A stretch of DNA of 64,000 nucleotides from Azolla caroliniana (taxonomy: Eukaryota > Plantae > Polypodiophyta), in NCBI GenBank assembly GCA_043228905.1, contig JBHGNT010000015.1, forward strand, positions 6,634,001 through 6,698,000, read 5' to 3'. Each line of letters begins with the position of its first letter. Within the stretch, counting starts at the first letter, position 1. Shown one piece after another: positions 1-11,200 of the stretch. A program made the position numbers and the translations under genes. Under the pieces are notes generated by a model. The model ran no database searches. It had not been told where the DNA came from and saw only the letters and a list, made by a program, of their open reading frames with translations.

Positions 1-2202
1 GATCCATACCCCCGACGACATATTGTTACCTCAACCACATTATGTTCTGAATATGTTGTACAAGTTCGGCATGACAAATTGCCGACCAGTCTCCACACCC
101 CTGAACCGGAACCTCAAGCTATGTCCCAACTTCGGACTAGCTTGCAACGAGAAATGATTCCAACAGATTTTCGGAAGCCTTTTATATTTGACAATCACCC
201 TACCCGACATCAGCTATCCGATTAGAGTGATAAGTAAATACATGCAGAAGTCGACCATGGAGCACATTTACTGCGCACACCAAATACTGAGGTATGTTAG
301 CGGCACTAAGGACCAGGGACTGTTATACCGACATGGTATAACCGAAAAGCTAATCGGATATGCGGATGTTGATTGGGCCGGTGATGCCTCAGATTGTTGG
401 TCCACTTCTGATTACATGTTCTCTCTTGGTAGTGCGGTTGTTGCGTGGAGCAACAAAAAGCAGCTGACAGTGGCTCTTTCAAGCACTGAGGCTGAGTATT
501 GGGGTGCTATCGTCGTCACCTATGAAGCCATCTGGCTGCGGCGGATGGTGCAAGCCCTCCGGATTGAAGTACTGACTCCAATCTGGATCTACTGCAACAA
601 CATAAGTAGCATGCAGCTAGCCAAGAACCTCGTGTTCCATGCTCAGAAAAAGCACATAGAAGTGCACTACAATTTTGTGTGCGAGAATGTCTTGAGCGGT
701 GAAGTCAAACTCCGATATGTTCGAATGGATTGGCAGGTTGCCGACATCTTCACCAAGGCCCTTGGAACTAACAAGTTGCATCATTTTTTGGAGATGCTTG
801 GTCTTCAGCATCTCGATATGCCGCACTTGAGGGGGAGAACCGAAACAAAAACTGGAAAGGCAGGTAATGGCATCGGACAAGGAGCCGGAGAAAGGGAAAC
901 CAAAACAGGGGGAGACAAGAAGAAAAAGGGAGCCGAGTCGACTAAAGAAGTCGACATATTCGAACAAGAAGGGCTATGTGCAACAACACGATGTCGATTG
1001 CGATGAGACGTTTGCGCTGGTCACAAAGATGACGACCTCTTGCGGTGGCTGCAGCAAAGGGGTGCCATTTACATCAAATGGATGTAAAGACTATGTTCCT
1101 ACGAGGTGAGCTTGAGGAACAGTTGTACATGGTACAAGCCCCCAGATTTTAGTCCAGTTTGAGCCTGTCGGCTACTTGCCGACTGAAGAAGTCCCTCTAT
1201 GGACTAAAGCAAGCCCCGCGTGCTTAGAACGTGAAGATCATGCACCGACTGTGTCGGATGTGGTTTGTCGTGTCTAAGTCCCAACTAGCGACATCATTCG
1301 ACATGAAGGATTTGGGGGACCTTCATTACTTCCTTGGGATCTAAGTGATCCTTACCACCGAAGGCATATTGATCAACCAACGACACTATGTGCTGAGTAT
1401 GCTCTTCAAGTTTGGAATGACAGAATGCAAATCCATCTCAACTCCTCTAGATAGGAATGTGAAGCTTCACCCCGACTCCGGAATGGCATGCGACCTGCAA
1501 CGGTTCCGACAAATTGTCGAAAGCATTATCTAGTTGACCATCACCCGACCTGATTTGAGTTATCTAGTCCACTTGATTAGTTAGTTCATGGCACACCCGA
1601 CTGTCAATCACCTTCAATGCGCACAACAAATATTATGACATGTCAGCAGTACTAAGGACAAGGGATTGTTGTATCAGATCGGTACTATCAGACAGTTGAT
1701 CGGCTACACGGATGCCAATTGGGCCTGCGATCGTAGGTCTACATCAGGCTTCGCCTTTCCGCAATTCGAACAAGCGATGATGGCGATAGAGTCAAGAAGA
1801 ACAGAGTTGAGCGGAAGGAGAAGGCCAAGACCCGAACATGGTATGATGTTGTGAAGGGCCTGAAGATTAAGGACGAATTGGAGACAGCCAATTCGGACAA
1901 GAGCTTGAACAAATCGAAGGCACCCAATTTGGAACTGGATCAACTCAAGGCCAAACTGACGAGGAGGCAACAGAAGTTGACATCGACACGGAGGAACCAA
2001 TGGGTCAAGAAGCGCCGGAGTCGCAATAGCAAAGGAGCTAAGATGGGACTTATGAGCATACAAGCCGACCGAGAAGGTCGAGGTTGCGGGACCGGACGGG
2101 TCTAGGAGCGCAAGCAAGGTGAGAAGACGCCAGAAGAAGCCAACTGCAAGGTTCAGCAGACATTAACACAACAATCCAACCTCAAGTTGAGCTTGATGGG
2201 AG
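1..2202 (+). mobile_element. Decayed Ty1/copia internal region: RT-RNase H, followed by a second deleted RT-RNase H segment and a 3' region
   Basis: ORF 188-1006 carries RNase H motifs GYADVDWAGD, ALSSTEAEY, KHIEVHY and VADIFTKAL. 960-1760 repeats RT motifs (LYGLKQAP, GYTDANWA) with stops and deletions. A purine tract GATGGGAG precedes TG at 2203. Confidence 0.85.
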
Positions 2203-2750
2203 TGTTGAGTGGACAAGCTTAACCGGATCCGGATCAGCTGAATAAGCTGGATGCCAAATCGGCATCCGGAACGGAGAACCAGATAGGTATCTGGATTGGT
2301 ATCCAGAACCAAGAGCCGGATCAGATTGTAACCGGTAGGCCGTTAGAGGCCTACAATCTTAGCCTAGTACGTCGGCATATTCCTTGGAGTTAGTGTTAGT
2401 CGCTCATATAAGCATTGAAGTACTTGTCAGTACTTTTGTGAGTCCTTTTAAGGACTTGTATAAAAAGTGTCTTGTAGGACATTTGTAGATACAGAGTAAT
2501 GTTTTGAATATTGAGTTTTACTATTCTACTCTCTATGTCTCTCCCGTGTACTATGTATTCTCAAGCTTCCATTAAACCTTCATTTATGTTTACTATTGTT
2601 ATTCGGCTGAGCCGATTTGTCTACACGCAATTCTTGATAGAGCCGAATAACTGTTGCAAGCTTAGTAGCCTCTCTTCCTCCGACTCCTTAGTCCAAGAAC
2701 CTCGTAGTTCTGCCCGATCCGGCACGTACACACGGATAACCGCGATACCA
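2203..2750 (+). mobile_element. Probable 3' LTR of the upstream copia element (right end approximate)
   Basis: Starts TGTTG immediately after the PPT-like tract and contains a TATA-like ATATAAG. The end is placed tentatively at ...GATACCA. Confidence 0.55.
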
Positions 2751-3689
2751 GAATTTGTTAGTATATAGGAGGATGGTGTGGACTAACTTGTGTTTGGAGA
2801 AATCTATAGCCCAAGTTCGATAGATTATTCAACTATGGACATGTTAACACTACCAATCTTGTGGAGAGACATTGGTAATTGATCAAATACATTGCCATGA
2901 GATGAAGAATTAATTGGTCTATTACCGATCTAGTGACTGAAATTTTGTGATATTTGAAGTTTCTAGTCTCTTCAAAAAAGAATTGATGGCTGAGATTTTA
3001 ATGGTGGCTAAATTTTTTATGATAGATGAAATTTGAACAAGTTATGTGTTTGCAATGATTTTTAACTTTTTGTTTACATTTGGTGATGGCCCATGTTTTT
3101 GGTGACTGGGGTTTTTATATCTAAAACTCAGAGATTTTGATTTATGAATATGGTTTAGAATTTTTTCTGGCAATCATAAAAGTTTTTGAAGTTTCTTGTC
3201 TCTTTAGAAATTCTAGCCCGATTAGATGCAAGTAACCATGATACAAACTTGGGCTGGTTAGCTAGGTAAGAAAAAAGTGAACCATGTTAGCAACTTTGGG
3301 CCAGGTTTAGATGTGACAGAGGCAAGAACAGATACAGGTTTAGATGTGGCAGAGGCAAGAACGGGGTTAGTTAAGGGTGCACGCTATTTTGTGGATAATG
3401 ATCTGACGGTGCAGATCGCATGAGAAGATCAAAACACATCTTGCACCGTTCGTGACCGCGATTCCCTCACTAGGCAAGCCTGTTTATGATTTGGTAGGAG
3501 ATAGACACGAGGGAACCAACCAAGAACATGGACAAAGTAGTGTTTTGTTGACTCAGGATTTTAACAATGCTATGCTTATCTTAATATGTACATATTGTGG
3601 AGAGGGCATTTTGGAGAATAAAACAAAACAGAGGGGTATTCGTTGAAATAAAACAGAAATCGACGCAGACATGGAGGAAATCATTTGTT

Positions 3690-3753
3690 TGCTTCTGTTT
3701 CAAACACCCGCAGCTTCGGAGATCTCTGTCTCTCTCTCTGCTTCATGGTGAAG
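3690..3753 (+). other. Probable 5'-UTR exon of the HMG-CoA lyase gene (start approximate)
   Basis: CT-rich leader ending in the strong donor AAG|GTAAG at 3753/3754, followed by T-rich intron-like sequence up to the acceptor TAG at 4919. Confidence 0.5.
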
Positions 3754-4963
3754 GTAAGAATCTTCTTGTTCTTCTTCTTCTTTTACCTTGAATCACTTTT
3801 CTCCTCAGAAATATCATCTTCCATGTCTTCTTCTTTTATCTGATTGCTGAGATTACCCCGAGTTCCTGATGAATTTCAAACTTTTTCTCGTTGGTGCCGT
3901 ATATGTAACTAAGCTTTCTTTGTTTAGTATCGCATAATTCTCATGTCATGCGGCCTCTTTGATGATTTATTCCGGATTTGTTGATGGATTTCAAACGATT
4001 CTTCTTCATTTTGCAGATGTAGATAACATGTCTTTGCTTTAGATAGAATTCACATATATAATTGAGTTGATGTTTTTCTTCGAGGTTTGTGGTAGATTTC
4101 AAATGTTTGTGTACCATAGTATGACATGTTTCACGAAAATGGACTTCACAAAGTTCAGCTGCTTTGATCTTGCTTAAATACCTCAGAAATCATACTCGGT
4201 GTGGTATAAATGATTATTTTTTTAAGGTTTGTAAAATCTAACTTATTGTCAAAGCTAAGGTTTAGCTACTGATGCACAAAATACCTATATATGTAGCTAT
4301 CGGTCTTTGCATACTCATTTGTGCCTTGAAAAATATCCATATGTTTGATTGATCCCCCATATATTTCCCTTGCACCTTGAAATTATTCTTTCTTGGGAAT
4401 TAGAATCTATGATACCCTTGTGTTGCTCCTGCACAATTCGTCAAACCATTCACAGAAATTGTTCTATTTAGGGTTTTGTGAAAATTGACGTATTTGATCT
4501 TTATGTCATTTGTGTTTCTTATAATTTGTCATTAATATATTCCCGATTGCACCTAAGTTTGTAACTTGAAGATCGAATCAAAATGTCATAGCCCATGATA
4601 AAGGATTAAATTCCTTCTTCTATTTCAAGCTTCTCAACATTTCGTTGTCTTCAAGAGTTTATGCACATCTTTCTATCTATTCTTATGGGAAACCTCTTTT
4701 GCTATATCTCATCTTTTTACACAGAAATTTATATCCACTTCTGCATTAAAAAGGCTGATAAAACATAAATTTTAGTATGTATGTGCTAACTGTTGAAGCT
4801 GCTGTACATACATTTTATTGTTCTTATGTTATCTTATGTCAGTTTATCTTTTTTCTGTGTCTTTTACTACCTATATTAATGTGCTTCATGAATATCAGTC
4901 TGATGCCTGATTTGTATAGGAAACAGTCACATGATTATTGAAATCCGTTCATAGATCATCAGA

Positions 4964-7900
4964 ATGTTGACAAATTCTCATAGACTACGGTTGCATTGGA
5001 GATCACTTGCCAAAGCATTAGAAAACAGGAGAATATCAATGGTAGATGGAATTTTGGAGTGTAAATACATGCCACTGATCTTCTCTGGGAACATCAATTT
5101 TATTCTTTTGTCAGAAGTGGAGAAAGTAAGCTATTTTAATGGTCCATTAGTGGGATCAACTCAACAAAGAATGTATGTTGGTGGATATATTCCAACAGGT
5201 TTTGACAAAGACATTGCAAAGGAGGGTATAAGACCTTCATTGAAGGCATTTTCGGCTCAAGATGCAAACACTATGAAAGAGAGGTTAGTGCTATGTTTGA
5301 TTCTTTATAGATACTTATGGTTTCTTCTACAATGATACAAGCTCAATTCTGACACTATAGTTTTCTCATTAGCTACCATTTCTTTAGCAATTAATCAATA
5401 GCATTTTGGTTGTAATTAATAGAAATTGGGTCTAAATTATAACCAGATACGAATTACCTGCCCTTTATTAGTAATGGTTTACCTTATAAAATTTGTTAAG
5501 TATCTTGAAGGGATGGAAGTTTATGCTCCAATTCAGAAACAAATTAGAAAAAAATAACTTGGTCAATGAGGGGGGGCAGGGTTTCAGACCTCTGGCACGA
5601 AGAAAAAAGAAAAGTTTATTAACATTTCTAAAAGACCATAATGGCCTATGAGGCCTGATATCATTACGTTTCAATTTACTCCTTGATCATTGGATTGGAA
5701 GTTTCCTCCCTTTGATATCCATCATGGGGTGATCCAACATGAATACGTCAGTGGGATGAGGAGGTTGTGTCAGATGCCATATAATGATGGATTTGATCTT
5801 ATTAAGATATGCAAATTGGGGTTATGGTTCATGCTGATTGTGATGATGTCCACACCAAATAGAAATGGCATGTTGGAACCCAAAGGGAGGTGCAAACACA
5901 ATTGATTACTTACTAGGATCTCGATCTCTTACACAAAAGTTAAGAGAGTTCACTATCTCTGGTAGACATATTGGATTGGCAGTAGATCATGCATACCTAT
6001 GCGTTGATGTGGCGTATGCCTACAAAAAGGTTGTATATGCTAAGAATGAGACTATGCATGCTAAATACCAGTTTTTTGAGGAAACAATTGATTTGTTTAG
6101 GTGTGGACATACAACAGTATGCTAAAATTGGATCTTTTCACATCCCTAGAGGGTCATAGAAGGATTACCAAAGTCATCACATAAAGTAGCTATAAATACC
6201 TTTCCCCACACAATCGGCAAACTTGGTAGAGCCACAAAGAATCGTTCATATGATGACGATGTCGCGATACAAGGAGGTGCTTGCACCGGAAACTAACTTA
6301 GGAGGTTTTTAAATACAAAGAAGCAAAAACAACCTTCAAATGGCTTATGGGGAAGGGGAAGAGATCATATTTGGCTAAAATTTGGAGCACTCATTTATCA
6401 CTTGTTCCTAGGATAAGAAAGTAAAAGAGCATGGAAAATATTTAATGGGAGGCAAGCTACCACACAACTGACCTCCCCTCAGGTGTGGTATGAATATGCA
6501 AAGGTGCTATATCATATCCCCAAGCAGCCCTTACTCCCCCATCCACACGATGCATGCCTATTTGAATCTACCTTTTTCTACTCCACAAAATGTAAGAAAT
6601 GGCAGTGAATGTTACAATTTGGAGATCCTCAAGATCATGATGGATTGGTAGGTGAGCTCTTTATCTATGTTGATGATACCTTGTTCCCATTGCTAGCACA
6701 CATCTTTAATAGAGCTATATATGAAGGTTTCCTTAAAGGAAGACACTCAAGGTTGGCATCAAGACAACTGGTTGAACATGAAGACGTTCATTGTTGGTAT
6801 GCTGAAATGCAGCAATGGTTCTAGTCACATGGCATAAGCATAAAGGCACTACCCCTGTTCCAATATAGCTTGGATTTCCCCCCATCTAAACATGACCAAA
6901 GTGGAAAAAGAATATAGTGATCCAAACTGATATTACTAACATGGAAAACAAGATAACATGGATCAGCCCCAAAATATCACTTGGTATGCCCACTACAAAC
7001 AAACATTTTACACACATCGGAGTATAGATTCATCATCAGGCCATCTTATATCTATCTTGTGCACTGCACAATGTGATAGGACAGCTCCTAACTTTATACA
7101 TCAGTTAGAGATTGAGGTAGGTAGATATGCACCTAGAAGAAAGAATTTTCCGATTGTGACATCAAGGAGTGGAATCCGAAGAACACAATGTTGGTCATTG
7201 TAGGCTCTGTTTTGAAATAAGAGGGAGATACCATTGCCTCTTTAAAAAAGGATTTGGACCACTATGCAGTAATGGATTATAAGGACCAACGTTGCCTAGG
7301 ATGTTCCTTGCTAGAACTCAAGAGACAAAAGGAAAAGTTGTGGAAGAAAGAAAGAAAGAAAGAAATATTAACGTCTTTTAAGAGGCCAAAATGGCCTATA
7401 AGACCAAATAAGAGATTACATCTTAAGTGTTGTCTCGTCTTTGAGAACAAATCAAAATAAAATAAATATTACACAGTAAATATAAAAGTAAATAACATGA
7501 AAAATAAAGAAATGAGGGAATCTGGTTTTTGGCACATGTGAGATCCTCAAGTTAGGTATATTGTAGCTTTTGTCTTCGAAAGATCTCTAGCATAGGTCGA
7601 TCCAGAATGGAAATGTCTCCGAAGCGAGGGAAGCACCTACGATGGCGGGAGATAATGGCTTTTATCTGTCGATGACAAGGGTGTTGAGGTCGTGGTCCAT
7701 GGGGCCGAGGCCTACGTGCACGACAAATTGCCATTGCCCGATCAATTGTAACCCTTTGTTATGTCTTGGTCTGAAGCCCATTTGTGTATCCCGGGGTTGA
7801 CTTCTAGCATTTGGAGTGATGGGGCTAAAGAAAGTTGTGATTGTTCTTTGTGGATGAGCTTGTGTGGCTGTATTCTTCTACAACTTTTCCCGATGTCTCA

Positions 7901-8215
7901 TGAGCTCTAGCAAGAAAAGTCCTAGGCATCGTTTGTCCTCATATTCCATTACCTTGCATATTGGGCCAAAACCTTGTTTAAAGAGGCAATGGTATCTCCC
8001 TCTAATTTCATAAAAGATGTCGAATACGAGTGTATAATGGCCATATTCACACTGTCCTTTTGGACAGCCCAAGTTTGGGCTATTTCTGTAAATAGCATAA
8101 AGGGCAGTTGCCCTAAGATAGTCACTATATAAAGTGACTTTGTAACCTTTAGTTAAGGTTGGTGGTTATTTTGTAACTGTTGCTATTGAGAAATATAACG
8201 TTTCTTTTGTGCCTA

Positions 8216-8248
<33 letters not shown>

Positions 8249-11200
8249 TGCTCATTCGCATACGCAGGTTCTTCACCATCACAAATGTTGTTTGTTCTTC
8301 CGCACTGATGACCTTGTTCCCAACAAAAGACACGACAATGACAAACATAGTGCTCTTCATATTCCACTCCTTGATGACACAATTGGCAAATTCTCTCTTC
8401 TAGAGGTAGTCGGGTATATTTGCCTACCTCAATCTGTAGCTGATGTGATGAAGTTCGTAGCTGCCCTACTGTTGGAGACATGAACGAATGTAAGCATTAG
8501 ATAAGGATAGAATAGAGATAAATAGATAGAAAGGAGAGAGAGAAAGAAGGGTGCCGATCCACCCGACCACCCCTGAGCGAAGGGATCGAGACGGACTCGA
8601 GTCTCGATCGGCGTCCCATACCACCGCCGTGGCGTCGAGTCGTACCTAGTGCTGGCGCGCTCGCTACAAGAGTTGACCCATGACAAGACAGAGTCTCGAC
8701 GTAGTCAACAAGATGATCAAATGAGGGTAGCTAGGCCTCTTATTTATAGCAAAACCCAAGGCCCCCATGCAAGTTCACACTTGGCCTAATGGGTTGTCTC
8801 AATCCCGAGGATTAAAAGTAATCCTCCCCTTCTTTACACTCTTGTTTAACCCTCACACTTATCCACGTGTATGGAATACTACGGTAAATTCTCACCACGG
8901 GATATTATATGGTCATGCCCATAACACCTATCACACTACGCAACGCATAGGATAGATGTATGTCCATATAAGGTGGCCTGATGACAAATCCATCCTCCGA
9001 TGTATGTAAGAAATGTGTCTTATAGTGGGCCATCTTTGTACCACGTGGTATTTTGGGGCTGATCCATGTTATCTTGTTTTCCAAGTTAATAATATCAGTT
9101 CGGATCACTCTATTCTTTTCCACTTTGGTCATATTTAGATGGGGACAGTCCAAGCTATATTGAGACGGGGGTAGGGCATTTATACTCATGCCATGTGACT
9201 CGAACCATTGCTGCATTTCAGCATACCGACAATGAGTGTCTCCATTTTCAGCCAGTTGTTTTGATGACATAACTGCCAACCTTGGGTACCTTTGTTTAGG
9301 GAGCTCCCAAAGACGTTGGATAAATGTCACTGATCAGAACAACGCCCCGATTATTATAGGTGCTGCTCCCATCTCTGACCAGATTATATCGTGGGGCACC
9401 GATGCTTTGCTCCTTATCATGCGAGCAATCATTGACACTAAAGGTCTCCCTAAATCTTTCCAATGATTTGCCTTGTTAAGACTCGGTCCCCATGTCTCTA
9501 CTCCATAGAGAAGAGTTGGTGTGACAAGTGTATCAAATAACCATAGCTTAGTCCGTGGCTCTTGGAACTGCAAATGTGCACATTGTCTCTCGAGAGCACC
9601 AAGGGCTGCATATGCACGAGAAAGTCGGGCAGAAGCGGCCTCCTGTAAGGAGAACCTAGGTCTTGTAAATGTTACTCCTAGGTATGTGTAGGAGCGTGTG
9701 TATTCCACCTTTTCCTCTCCCAAGAAGAATTCTGGTTCTGATCTTGTTACCAAGCATTGTTACCCATGCATGGGTGGTGTTAAACACCATCACTTTAGTT
9801 TTATTCATGTTGTTTGACAAACCTTTGTCCGTACAAAATAGTTTTAAGGCATTTAGATGTCTTTGTAGTCCCTCCGGAGAGTTAGAAATCAGCACAATAT
9901 CATCAGTATATAGTAATATTTGTATAGTTATACCTGCTAGGTGTGCTCCGGAACCCCCAAATCTCTCCATGTACTGTGATACCTCATCTATATAGAGACC
10001 AAAGAGTGTGGGGGATAGTGGGCATCCTTGCTTCACGCCAATTGTGCTAGCCACCGCCTCTGACAAGCCCTTAAAAGACCGCACTTTTCCTGACACAGAT
10101 TCATAGAGTGCATAGATTCTCCATTACATATCTATAGGAACACCAAGGGCTTCTAGCCGCTGCATAAGCTGAGCACGTGGCATAGTGTCAAAGGCTTTTC
10201 GGAAATCCACAAAGCAGCAATAAATCCTCTTATTGTGGGCTTTGCCCTCCTCAATAAGGGCCCGGAGGGTGAATATGTGATCCAAAGTTGTGAACCCCTT
10301 CCGAAAGCCTGCTTGTTCAATTGAACGACAACCATTTTGCTCTGCCCATATATTCAATTCTGATTCTAGAATCGAGCCATATAGTTTAGCCAAGTAATGG
10401 CCAATCATGATTGTCCTATAGTTGCTTGGCATCATGGGGTCTCCACTCTTGAGGATTGGTACAATGGTATATTGAGTCCATCTAGTAGGAAAGCCTTCAC
10501 ACATGGCTCTATTAAAGATGTGATAGCAAAGGGAGCAAGGTGTCACGGGCATAGATAAAGTGCTCACCCACCAATCCATCATGATCTTGGGCCTTCCCAA
10601 ATTGTAGCCGATCAATGGCATTTCTTACATTTTGTGGTGTAAAGAGGGTTGATTCATGTGGGCATGAGGCATTCGGGTGGGGAAGAGGAGGTTGCCCCGG
10701 GATATCATATAGAACCTTTGCATATTCCTGCCACACTTAAGGTGAGGTCAGTTGTGTGGTGGGTTGCCTCTCATTAAACATTTTCCATGATCGTTTACTC
10801 TCTTGTCCTAGAAACAAGTGAAACAAGTGATACAAGTGATCTTCAAATTTAGCCAAATATTATCTCTTCTTCTTCCTCACGAGGCGTTGGAAGGTTTCTC
10901 TCACTTAGTTGTGTGTATAAATGCCCCAAGTTACATCACGTTGCAAGCATCTCCTTGTATCACAAATTCCTCATCATACCAACTATTTTGTATTACCCTA
11001 CCGAGTTTGGGGGGATTGGCCGTTGTGTGAGGGAAGGCATTTGTGGCTACTTTATGCAATGATTTGGATAAACCTGGGGTAAGTTCTTCAAGGGGTGTGA
11101 AAGGATCTAAATCTAGCATGCCATTGTATACACCACAACTATACACATCAATTGTCTCGCAAGTGAATAGATACTTAGCGAGCCCACTCTCCTTAGCATA

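Noticed and set aside
4982-5008. PTS2 in the HMGCL N-terminus (RLRLHWRSL)
   Set aside because: Position 8 is Ser, not the His/Gln required by R[LI]x5[HQ][LA].
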